From assembly GCA_964016885.1 (NCBI GenBank), contig OZ024744.1, positions 15,252,001 to 15,316,000 on the forward strand: a stretch of 64,000 bases of DNA, in the 5' to 3' direction. The DNA is from Eledone cirrhosa (taxonomy: Eukaryota). Positions 1-16,660 of the stretch are shown piece by piece. Positions within the stretch are counted from its first letter, which is position 1. Each line of letters starts with the position of its first letter. A program made the translations under genes and the position numbers. The notes below the pieces were generated by a model. The model did no database searches, had not been told where the DNA came from, and saw only the letters and a list, made by a program, of their open reading frames with translations.

Positions 1-3000
1 TCCCACACACACATATACACTCTCACACACACACACATATACACTCTCTCAGAGACACACATATACACTCTCTCACACACACATACACACTCTCTCACAC
101 ACACATATACACTCTCTCTCTCACACATGCACTCTCTCTATCACACACAGATACACTCTCTCACACACACATATACACTCTCACACACACACACATATAC
201 ACTCTCACACATACACATATACACTCTCACACACACACATATACACTCTCTCATACACACACATATACACTCTCTCCAACATATATACAATTCTCACGCC
301 CACACATATACACTCTCTCACACACACACACTCTCTCAGAGGCACACATATACACTCTCTCACACACACATATACACTCTCTCACCCACACATATACACT
401 CTCTCACACACATATACACTCTCTCTCACACATGCACTCTCTCTATCACACACACATATACACTCTCACAGACACACATATACACTCTCTCTCTCACGCA
501 CATATACACTCTCACACACACACATATACACTCACACACACACACATATACACTCTCTCACACAAACATATATACACTCTCACACACACACACATATACA
601 CTCTCTCACACACACATACACTCTCTCACACACATACACTCTCTCACACACACACACATACACTCTCACACACACACATATACACTCTCTCAGAGACACC
701 CATATACACTCTCTCACACACACATATACACTCTCTCACAGACACACATACACTCTCTCAGAGACACACATATACACTCGCTCACACACACATATACACT
801 CTCTCACACACACATATACACTCTCTCTCTCACACATGCACTCTCTCTCTAACACACACATATACACTCTCACACACACGCATATACACTCTCTCTCTCA
901 CACACATATACACTCTCTCACACATATATACTCTCACGCACACACATATACACTCTCTCACACACACACACTCTCTCAGAGACACACATATACACTCTCT
1001 CACACACACATATACACTCTCTCACCCACACATATACACTCTCTCACACACACATATACACTCTCTCTACACACACATATACACTCTCTCGCACACACAT
1101 ATACACTCTCTCACACACACATACTCTCTCACACACACACATATACACTCTCTCACACACACATATACACTCTCTCACACACACACATATACACTCTCTC
1201 ACACATACATATACACTCTCTCACACACACATTTACACTCTCTCTCTCACACATGCACTCTCTCTATCACTCACACATATACACTCTCACAGACACACAT
1301 ATACACTCTCTCTCTCACACACATATACACTCTCTCACACACCCATATACACTCTCGCACACACACATATACACTCTCACACACACATATAAACTCTCAC
1401 ACACACACATATACACTCTCTCTCACACACATATACACTCTCTCACACAGACACATATACACTCTCACACACAGACATATACACTCTCTCTCTCACACAC
1501 ATATACACTCTCACACACACACATATACACAATCACACACACATATACACTCTCTCACACACACATATACACTCTCTCTCACACACACATATACAGTCTC
1601 TCACACACACACATATACACTCTCTCACACACACATATACACTGTCTCACACACACACATATATACTCTCACATACACACATATACACTCACTCTCACAC
1701 ACATATACAACCTCTCACACACATATACACTCTCTCACACACACATATATACACTCTCACATACACACATATACACTCTCACACACACATATACACACTC
1801 TCAGAGACACACATATACACTCTCTCACAGACATATACACTCTCTCACACACACACACACTCTCTCAGAGGCACACATATACACTCTCTCACACACATAT
1901 ATACACTCTCTCTCACACATACACATACACTCTCACACACACACATATACACTCTCTCTCTCACACATGCACTCTCTCTATCACACACACAGATACACTC
2001 TCACAGACACACATATACACTCTCTCACACACACATAACTCTCTCACACACACATATACACTCTCACACACACACATATACACTCTCACACACATACATA
2101 TACACTCTCACACACAAACATATACACTCTCACACACACATATACACTCTCTCACACACATGTATACACTCTCTCACGCACACACATATACATTCTCACA
2201 CACACTCACACATACACTCTCTCACACACATATACACTCGCTCACACACACACATATACACTCTCTCACACACACATATACACTCTCTCACACACACATA
2301 TACACACTCACGCACACACATATACACTCTCACACACACACATATACACTCTCTCTCTCACACACATATACACTCTCTCACACACACATATACACTCTCA
2401 CACACACATATACACTCTCTCACACACACATATACACTCTCTCTCACACACATATACACTCTCTCACACACACACATATACACTCTCACACACACACATA
2501 TACACTCTCACACACACACATTTACACTCTCTCACACACATATATATACACTCTCACACAAACACATATACACTCTCTCACACACACATACACACTCTCA
2601 CACACATACACTCTCTCCCACACACACATATACACTCTCTCACACACACACATATACACTCTCTCAGAGACACACATATACACTCTCTCACACACACATA
2701 CACACTCTCTCACACACACATATACACTCTCTCTCTCACACATGCACTCTCTCTATCACACACACAGATACACTCTCTCACACACACATATACACTCTCA
2801 CACACACACACATATACACTCTCACACATACACATATACACTCTCACACACACACATATACACTCTCTCCAACATATATACAATTCTCACGCCCACACAT
2901 ATACACTTTCTCACACACACATATACACTCTCTCTCTCACACATGCACTCTCTCTATCACACACACAGATACACTCTCTCACACACACATATACACTCTC

Positions 3001-5290
3001 ACACACACACAAACATAACTCTCTCACACACACATATACACTCTCACACACACACATATACACTCTCACACACATACATATACACTCTCACACACAAACA
3101 TATACACTCTCACACACACATATACACTCTCTCACCCACACATATACACTCTCTCACACACATATACACTCTCTCTCACACATGCACTCTCTCTATCACA
3201 CACACATATACACTCTCACAGACACACATATACACTCTCTCTCTCACGCACATATACACTCTCTCACACACACATATACACTCTCTCTCACACACACATA
3301 TACACTCTCTCACACACACATACACTCTCTCACACACACACATATACACTCTCTCACACACATATACACTCTCTCACACACACACATACACTCTCTCACA
3401 CACAAACATATACACTCTCTCACACACACACATACACTCTCTCACACACACACATATACACTCTCTCACACACACACATATACACTCTCTCACACACACA
3501 TATACACTCTCTCTCACACACACATATACACTCTCACACACACAGATATACACTCTCTCACACATACATATACACACTCACACACACATATACACACTCT
3601 CACACACACATATACACACTCACACACACATATACACTCTCTCACACACACATATACATTCTCTCTCACACACATATACACTCTCTCACACACACATATA
3701 CACTCTCACACACACACATATACACTCTCACACACACACATATACACTCTCTCACACACACATATATACACTCTCACACACACACATATACACTCTCTCA
3801 GAGACACCCATATACACTCTCTCACACACACATATACACTCTCTCACAGACACACATACACTCTCTCAGAGACACACATATACACTCTCTCACACACACA
3901 TATACACTCTCTCACACACATATACACTCTCTCTCTCTCACACATGCACTCTCTCTCTAACACACACATATACACTCTCACACACACGCATATACACTCT
4001 CTCTCACACACATATACACTCTCTCACACATATATACTCTCACGCACACACATATACACTCTCTCACACACACACACTCTCTCAGAGACACACATATACA
4101 CTCTCACACACACACATATACACTCTCTCACCCACACATATACACTCTCTCACACACACATATACACTCTCTCTACACACACATATACACTCTCTCGCAC
4201 ACACATATACACTCTCTCACACACACATACTCTCTCACACACACACATATACACTCTCTCACACACACATATACACTCTCTCTCTCACACATGCACTCTC
4301 TCTATCACTCACACATATACACTCTCACAGACACACATATACACTCTCTCTCTCACACACATATACACTCTCTCACACACCCATATACACTCTCGCACAC
4401 ACACATATACACTCTCACACACACATATACACTCTCACACACACACATATACACTCTCTCTCACACACATATACACTCTCTCACACAGACACATATACAC
4501 TCTCACACACAGACATATACACTCTCTCTCTCACACACATATACACTCTCTCACACACACATATACACTCTCTCGCACACACATATACACTCACACACAC
4601 ACACACACATACACTCTCTCACACACACACATATACACTCTCTCACACACACATATACACTCCCTCACACACAGATATACACTCTCTCACACACACATAT
4701 ACACTCACACACACACACTCTCACACACACACATATACACACTCTCTCTCACACACATATACACTCTCTCACACACACACATACACTCACTCACACACAC
4801 ACATATACTCTCTCACACACACACATATACACTCTCTCACACACACATAACTCTCTCACACACACACATATACACTCTCACACACATACATATACACTCT
4901 CACACACACACATATACACTCTCACACACACATACACTCTCTCACACATATAAACACTCTCTCACACACACACATATACACTCTCACACACACACACACA
5001 TACACTCTCTCACACACATATACACTCGCTCACACACACACATATACACTCTCTCACACACACATATACACACACACATATACACTCTCTCACACACACA
5101 TATACACTCTCACACACACATATACACTCTCTCACACACACATATACACTCTCTCTCACACACATATACACTCTCTCACACACACACATATACGCTCTCA
5201 CACACACACATATACACTCTCACACACACACATATATACTCTCTCACACACACATATATACACTCTCACACACACACATATACACTCTCA
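1..5290 (+). repeat. Higher-order block, copy A of a ~7.2-7.7 kb-offset duplication (partner ~7247-12965)
   Basis: Identical or near-identical ORF translations recur at constant offset: 127/7373 (7246); stop 2038/9712, 2522/10196, 3182/10856, 3374/11048 (7674); 4291/11969, 5010/12688 (7678). Confidence 0.9.
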
Positions 5291-6244
5291 CACACATATA
5301 TACGATCTCTCTCACACACATATACACTCTCTCACACACACATATATACACTCTCTCACACACACATATGCACTCTCACACACACACACATATACACTCT
5401 CTCTCTCACACACATATACACTCTCTCACACACACAAATACACTCTCTCACACACATATACATTCTCTCACACACACATATACACTCTGACACACATATA
5501 TACATTCTCTCACACATATATACACTCTCTCACACACACACATATACACTGTCACACACACATATACACTCTCTCACACACATATACACTCTCTCACACA
5601 CACACATATATACACTCTCTCACACACACATATGCACTCTCACACACACACATATACACTCTCTCTCACACACATATACACTCTTTCACACACAAAAATA
5701 CACTCTCTCACACACACATATACACTCTCTCACACACACATATACACTCTCTCACACACACATACACTCTCTCGCACACACACATATACAATCTCTCTCT
5801 CACACACATATATACTCTCTCACACACACATACACTCTCTCACACACACACATATACACTCTCTCACACACACATATACACTCTCTCACACACACACATA
5901 CACTCTCTCACACACAAACATATACACTCTCTCACACACACACATACACTCTCTCACACACACACATATACACTCTCTCACACACACACATATACACTCT
6001 CTCACACACACATATACACTCTCTCTCACACACACATATACACTCTCACACACACAGATATACACTCTCTCACACATACATATACACTCTCTCACACACA
6101 CATATACACTCTCTCACACACACACATATACACTCTCTCACACACACACATACACTCTCTCACACACACACATATACACTCTCTCACACACACACATACA
6201 CTCTCTCACACACACACATATACACTCTCACACACACATATACA

Positions 6245-7560
6245 CTCTCTCACACACACATATACACTCTCTCTCACACACACATATACAGTCTCTCACA
6301 CACACACATATACACTCTCTCACACACACATATACACTGTCTCTCACACACACATATATACTCTCACATACACACATATACACTCTCTCTCACACACATA
6401 TACAACCTCTCACACACATATACACTCTCTCACACACACATATATACACTCTCACATACACACATATACACTCTCACACACACATATACACACTCTCAGA
6501 GACACACATATACACGCTCTCACAGACATATACACTCTCTCACACACACACACTCTCTCTCAGAGGCACACATATACACTCTCTCACACACATATATACA
6601 CTCTCTCTAACACATACATATACACTCTCACACACACACATATACACTCTCTCTCTCACACATGCACTCTCTCTATCACACACACAGATACACTCTCACA
6701 AACACACATATACACTCTCTCACACACACATAACTCTCTCACACACACATATACACTCTCACACACACACATATACACTCTCACACACATACATATACAC
6801 TCTCACACACAAACATATACACTCTCACACACACATATACACTCTCTCACACACATATATACACTCTCTCACACACACACATATACACTCTCACACACAC
6901 TCACACATACACTCTCTCACACACATATACACTCGCTCACACACACACATATACACTCTCTCACACACACATATACACTCTCTCACACACACATATACAC
7001 ACTCACGCACACACATATACACTCTCACACACACACATATACACTCTCTCTCTCACACACATATACACTCTCTCTCACACACATATACACTCTCTCACAC
7101 ACACACATATACACTCTCACACACACACATATACACTCTCACACACACACATTTACACTCTCTCACACACATATATATACACTCTCACACAAACACATAT
7201 ACACTCTCTCACACACACATACACACTCTCACACACATACACTCTCTCCCACACACACATATACACTCTCACACACACACACATATACACTCTCTCAGAG
7301 ACACACATATACACTCTCTCACACACACATACACACTCTCTCACACACACATATACACTCTCTCTCTCACACATGCACTCTCTCTATCACACACAGATAC
7401 ACTCTCTCACACACACATATACACTCTCACACACACACACATATACACTCTCACACATACACATATACACTCTCACACACACACATATACACTCTCTCAT
7501 ACACACACATATACACTCTCTCCAACATATATACAATTCTCACGCCCACACATATACACT
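6245..7560 (+). repeat. Additional diverged copy of block ~1550-2905
   Basis: Shared variants acagtctc (1596/6291) and cagaggcac (1868/6563) at offset 4695. Minus-strand ORFs 2522..2743 and 7153..7374 are near-identical (offset 4631). Confidence 0.8.
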
Positions 7561-10500
7561 CTCTCACACACACACACTCTCTCAGAGGCACACATATACA
7601 CTCTCTCACACACACATATACACTCTCTCACCCACACATATACACTCTCTCACACACATATACACTCTCTCTCACACATGCACTCTCTCTATCACACACA
7701 CATATACACTCTCACAGACACACATATACACTCTCTCTCTCACGCACATATACACTCTCTCACACACACATATACACTCTCTCTCACACACACATATACA
7801 CTCTCTCACACACACATACACTCTCTCGCACACACACATATACAATCTCTCTCTCACACACATATATACTCTCTCACACACACATACACTCTCTCACACA
7901 CACACATATACACTCTCTCACACACACATATACACTCTCTCACACACACACATACACTCTCTCACACACAAACATATACACTCTCTCACACACACACATA
8001 CACTCTCTCACACACACACATATACACTCTCTCACACACACACATATACACTCTCTCACACACACATATACACTCTCTCTCACACACACATATACACTCT
8101 CACACACACATATACACTCTCTCACACACACATATACATTCTCTCTCACACACATATACACTCTCTCACACACACACATATACACTCTCACACACACACA
8201 TATACACTCTCACACACACACATATACACTCTCTCACACAAACATATATACACTCTCACACACACACATATACACTCTCTCACACACACATACACTCTCT
8301 CACACACATACACTCTCTCACACACACACACATACACTCTCACACACACACATATACACTCTCTCAGAGACACCCATATACACTCTCTCACACACACATA
8401 TACACTCTCTCACAGACACACATACACTCTCTCAGAGACACACATATACACTCTCTCACACACACATATACACTCTCTCACACACACATATACACTCTCT
8501 CTCTCACACATGCACTCTCTCTCTAACACACACATATACACTCTCACACACACGCATATACACTCTCTCTCTCACACACATATACACTCTCTCACACATA
8601 TATACTCTCACGCACACACATATACACTCTCTCACACACACACACTCTCTCAGAGACACACATATACACTCTCTCACACACACATATACACTCTCTCACC
8701 CACACATATACACTCTCTCACACACACATATACACTCTCTCTACACACACATATACACTCTCTCGCACACACATATACACTCTCTCACACACACATACTC
8801 TCTCACACACACACATATACACTCTCTCACACACACATATACACTCTCTCACACACACACATATACACTCTCTCACACATACATATACACTCTCTCACAC
8901 ACACATTTACACTCTCTCTCTCACACATGCACTCTCTCTATCACTCACACATATACACTCTCACAGACACACATATACACTCTCTCTCTCACACACATAT
9001 ACACTCTCTCACACACCCATATACACTCTCGCACACACACATATACACTCTCACACACACATATAAACTCTCACACACACACATATACACTCTCTCTCAC
9101 ACACATATACACTCTCTCACACAGACACATATACACTCTCACACACAGACATATACACTCTCTCTCTCACACACATATACACTCTCACACACACACATAT
9201 ACACAATCACACACACATATACACTCTCTCACACACACATATACACTCTCTCTCACACACACATATACAGTCTCTCACACACACACATATACACTCTCTC
9301 ACACACACATATACACTGTCTCTCACACACACATATATACTCTCACATACACACATATACACTCACTCTCACACACATATACAACCTCTCACACACATAT
9401 ACACTCTCTCACACACACATATATACACTCTCACATACACACATATACACTCTCACACACACATATACACACTCTCAGAGACACACATATACACTCTCTC
9501 ACAGACATATACACTCTCTCACACACACACACACTCTCTCAGAGGCACACATATACACTCTCTCACACACATATATACACTCTCTCTCACACATACACAT
9601 ACACTCTCACACACACACATATACACTCTCTCTCTCACACATGCACTCTCTCTATCACACACACAGATACACTCTCACAGACACACATATACACTCTCTC
9701 ACACACACATAACTCTCTCACACACACATATACACTCTCACACACACACATATACACTCTCACACACATACATATACACTCTCACACACAAACATATACA
9801 CTCTCACACACACATATACACTCTCTCACACACATGTATACACTCTCTCACGCACACACATATACATTCTCACACACACTCACACATACACTCTCTCACA
9901 CACATATACACTCGCTCACACACACACATATACACTCTCTCACACACACATATACACTCTCTCACACACACATATACACACTCACGCACACACATATACA
10001 CTCTCACACACACACATATACACTCTCTCTCTCACACACATATACACTCTCTCACACACACATATACACTCTCACACACACATATACACTCTCTCACACA
10101 CACATATACACTCTCTCTCACACACATATACACTCTCTCACACACACACATATACACTCTCACACACACACATATACATTCTCACACACACACATTTACA
10201 CTCTCTCACACACATATATATACACTCTCACACAAACACATATACACTCTCTCACACACACATACACACTCTCACACACATACACTCTCTCCCACACACA
10301 CATATACACTCTCTCACACACACACATATACACTCTCTCAGAGACACACATATACACTCTCTCACACACACATACACACTCTCTCACACACACATATACA
10401 CTCTCTCTCTCACACATGCACTCTCTCTATCACACACACAGATACACTCTCTCACACACACATATACACTCTCACACACACACACATATACACTCTCACA

Positions 10501-12965
10501 CATACACATATACACTCTCACACACACACATATACACTCTCTCCAACATATATACAATTCTCACGCCCACACATATACACTTTCTCACACACACATATAC
10601 ACTCTCTCTCTCACACATGCACTCTCTCTATCACACACACAGATACACTCTCTCACACACACATATACACTCTCACACACACACAAACATAACTCTCTCA
10701 CACACACATATACACTCTCACACACACACATATACACTCTCACACACATACATATACACTCTCACACACAAACATATACACTCTCACACACACATATACA
10801 CTCTCTCACCCACACATATACACTCTCTCACACACATATACACTCTCTCTCACACATGCACTCTCTCTATCACACACACATATACACTCTCACAGACACA
10901 CATATACACTCTCTCTCTCACGCACATATACACTCTCTCACACACACATATACACTCTCTCTCACACACACATATACACTCTCTCACACACACATACACT
11001 CTCTCACACACACACATATACACTCTCTCACACACATATACACTCTCTCACACACACACATACACTCTCTCACACACAAACATATACACTCTCTCACACA
11101 CACACATACACTCTCTCACACACACACATATACACTCTCTCACACACACACATATACACTCTCTCACACACACATATACACTCTCTCTCACACACACATA
11201 TACACTCTCACACACACAGATATACACTCTCTCACACATACATATACACACTCACACACACATACACACACTCTCACACACACATATACACACTCACACA
11301 CACATATACACTCTCTCACACACACATATACATTCTCTCTCACACACATATACACTCTCTCACACACACACATATACACTCTCACACACACACATATACA
11401 CTCTCACACACACACATATACACTCTCTCACACACACATATATACACTCTCACACACACACATATACACTCTCTCAGAGACACCCATATACACTCTCTCA
11501 CACACACATATACACTCTCTCACAGACACACATACACTCTCTCAGAGACACACATATACACTCTCTCACACACACATATACACTCTCTCACACACACATA
11601 TACACTCTCTCTCTCTCACACATGCACTCTCTCTCTAACACACACATATACACTCTCACACACACGCATATACACTCTCTCTCACACACATATACACTCT
11701 CTCACACATATATACTCTCTCGCACACACATATACACTCTCTCACACACACACACTCTCTCAGAGACACACATATACACTCTCACACACACACATATACA
11801 CTCTCTCACCCACACATATACACTCTCTCACACACACATATACACTCTCTCTACACACACATATACACTCTCTCGCACACACATATACACTCTCTCACAC
11901 ACACATACTCTCTCACACACACACATATACACTCTCTCACACACACATATACACTCTCTCTCTCACACATGCACTCTCTCTATCACTCACACATATACAC
12001 TCTCACAGACACACATATACACTCTCTCTCTCACACACATATACACTCTCTCACACACCCATATACACTCTCGCACACACACATATACACTCTCACACAC
12101 ACATATACACTCTCACACACACACATATACACTCTCTCTCACACACATATACACTCTCTCACACAGACACATATACACTCTCACACACAGACATATACAC
12201 TCTCTCTCTCACACACATATACACTCTCTCACACACACATATACACTCTCTCGCACACACATATACACTCACACACACACACACACATACTCTCTCTCAC
12301 ACACACACATATACACTCTCTCACACACACATATACACTCCCTCACACACAGATATACACTCTCTCACACACACATATACACTCACACACACACACTCTC
12401 ACACACACACATATACACACTCTCTCTCACACACATATACACTCTCTCACACACACACATACACTCACTCACACACACACATATACTCTCTCACACACAC
12501 ACATATACACTCTCTCACACACACATAACTCTCTCACACACACACATATACACTCTCACACACATACATATACACTCTCACACACACACATATACACTCT
12601 CACACACACATACACTCTCTCACACATATAAACACTCTCTCACACACACACATATACACTCTCACACACACACACACATACACTCTCTCACACACATATA
12701 CACTCGCTCACACACACACATATACACTCTCTCACACACACATATACACACACACATATACACTCTCTCACACACACATATACACTCTCACACACACATA
12801 TACACTCTCTCACACACACATATACACTCTCTCTCACACACATATACACTCTCTCACACACACACATATACACTCTCACACACACACATATACACTCTCA
12901 CACACACACATATATACTCTCTCACACACACATATATACACTCTCACACACACACATATACACTC
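7247..12965 (+). repeat. Higher-order block, copy B (with ~430 bp extra at ~7770-8200)
   Basis: Carries the same ordered rare variants as 1-5290 (tccaacatatatacaattctcacgccc, cagaggcac, agagacaccc, ctctaac, ctctacac, catttac, tataaac). The offset jumps from 7246 to 7674 across ~7770-8200. Confidence 0.9.
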
Positions 12966-15900
12966 TCTCACACATACATACACTCTCTCACACACATACA
13001 CTCTCTCACACACACACATATACACCCTCACACACACACATATACACTCTCTCAGAGACACACATATACACTCTCTCACACACATATACACTCTCTCACA
13101 CACACATATACACTCTCTCTCTCTCACACATGCACTCACTCTATCACACATACAGATACACTCTCACAGACACACATATACACTCTCTCTCTATCTCTCA
13201 CACATATACACTCTCTCACACACACATATACACTCTCTATCACACACATATACACTCTCTCACACACATATATACTCTCTCACACACATATACACTCTCA
13301 CACACACACAAATACACTCTCTCACACACACATATACACTCTCACACACACACACATATACACTCTGACACATACACATATACACTCTCACACACACACA
13401 TATACACTCTCACACACACACATACACTCTCTAACACACACACATATACACTCTCACACACACGCATATACACTCTCTCTCTCACACACATATACACTCT
13501 CTCACACATATATACACTGTCACGCACACACATATACACTCTCTCACACACACACACTCTCTCAGAGACACACATATACACTCTCTCACACACACATATA
13601 CACTCTCTCACCCACACATATACACTCTCTCACACACACCTATACACTCTCTCTCACACATGCACTCTCTCTATCACACACACATATACACTCTCACAGA
13701 CACACATATACACTCTCTCTCACACACACATATACACTCTCTCACACACACATACACTCTCTATCACACAGATATACACTCTCTCACACACACATATACA
13801 CTCTCTCACACACACATATATACTCTCTCACACACACACATATACACTCTCTCACACACATATACACTCTCTCACACACACACATACACTCTCTCACACA
13901 CAAACATATACACTCTCTCACACACACACATACACTCTCTCACACACACACATATACACTCTCTCACACACACACATATACACTCTCTCACACACACATA
14001 TACACTCTCTCTCACACACACATATACACTCTCACACACACAGATATACACTCTCTCACACATACATATACACACTCACACACACATATACACACTCTCA
14101 CACACACATATACACACTCACACACACATATACACTCTCTCACACACACATATACATTCTCTCTCACACACATATACACTCTCTCACACACACACATATA
14201 CACTCTCACACACACACATATACACTCTCACACACACACATATACACTCTCTCACACACACATATATACACTCTCACACACACACATATACACTCTCTCA
14301 GAGACACCCATATACACTCTCTCACACACACATATACACTCTCTCACAGACACACATACACTCTCTCAGAGACACACATATACACTCTCTCACACACACA
14401 TATACACTCTCTCACACACACATATACACTCTCTCTCTCTCACACATGCACTCTCTCTCTAACACACACATATACACTCTCACACACACGCATATACACT
14501 CTCTCTCACACACATATACACTCTCTCACACATATATACTCTCTCGCACACACATATACACTCTCTCACACACACACACTCTCTCAGAGACACACATATA
14601 CACTCTCACACACACACATATACACTCTCTCACCCACACATATACACTCTCTCACACACACATATACACTCTCTCTACACACACATATACACTCTCTCGC
14701 ACACACATATACACTCTCTCACACACACATACTCTCTCACACACACACATATACACTCTCTCACACACACATATACACTCTCTCTCTCACACATGCACTC
14801 TCTCTATCACTCACACATATACACTCTCACAGACACACATATACACTCTCTCTCTCACACACATATACACTCTCTCACACACCCATATACACTCTCGCAC
14901 ACACCCATATACACTCTCACACACACATATACACTCTCACACACACACATATACACTCTCTCTCACACACATATACACTCTCTCACACAGACACATATAC
15001 ACTCTCACACACAGACATATACACTCTCTCTCTCACACACATATACAGTCTCTCACACACACATATACACTCTCTCGCACACACATATACACTCACACAC
15101 ACACACACACATACTCTCTCTCACACACACACATATACACTCTCTCACACACACATATACACTCCCTCACACACAGATATACACTCTCTCACACACACAT
15201 ATACACTCACACACACACACTCTCACACACACACATATACACACTCTCTCTCACACACATATACACTCTCTCACACACACACATACACTCACTCACACAC
15301 ACACATATACTCTCTCACACACACACATATACACTCTCTCACACACACATAACTCTCTCACACACACACATATACACTCTCACACACATACATATACACT
15401 CTCACACACACACATATACACTCTCACACACACATACACTCTCTCACACATATAAACACTCTCTCACACACACACATATACACTCTCACACACACACACA
15501 CATACACTCTCTCACACACATATACACTCGCTCACACACACACATATACACTCTCTCACACACACATATACACACACACATATACACTCTCTCACACACA
15601 CATATACACTCTCACACACACATATACACTCTCTCACACACACATATACACTCTCTCTCACACACATATACACTCTCTCACACACACACATATACACTCT
15701 CACACACACACATATACACTCTCACACACACACATATATACTCTCTCACACACACATATATACACTCTCACACACACACATATACACTCTCTCACACATA
15801 CATACACTCTCTCACACACATACACTCTCTCACACACACACATATACACCCTCACACACACATATACACTCTCTCAGAGACACACATATACACTCTCTCA

Positions 15901-16660
15901 CACACATATACACTCTCTCACACACACATATACACTCTCTCTCTCTCACACATGCACTCACTCTATCACACACACAGATACACTCTCACAGACACACATA
16001 TACACTCTCTCTCTATCTCTCACACATATACACTCTCTCACACACACATATACACTCTCTATCACACACATATACACTCTCTCACACACATATATACTCT
16101 CTCACACACATATACACTCTCACACACACACAAATACACTCTCTCACACACACATATACACTCTCACACACACACACATATACACTCTGACACATACACA
16201 TATACACTCTCACACACACACATATACACTCTCACACACACACATACACTCTCTAACACACACACATATACACTCTCACACACACGCATATACACTCTCT
16301 CTCTCACACACATATACACTCTCTCACACATATATACACTGTCACGCACACACATATACACTCTCTCACACACACACACTCTCTCAGAGACACACATATA
16401 CACTCTCTCACACACACATATACACTCTCTCACCCACACATATACACTCTCTCACACACACCTATACACTCTCTCTCACACATGCACTCTCTCTATCACA
16501 CACACATATACACTCTCACAGACACACATATACACTCTCTCTCACACACACATATACACTCTCTCACACACACATACACTCTCTATCACACAGATATACA
16601 CTCTCTCACACACACATATACACTCTCTCACACACACATATATACTCTCTCACACACACA
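11000..16660 (+). repeat. Tandem duplication, 2 x ~2.82 kb (~11000-13823 / ~13824-16660)
   Basis: ORF pairs 11048/13872, 11188/14012, 11969/14793, 12688/15512 (offset 2824) and 13342/16164, 13660/16482 (2822). Confidence 0.92.
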
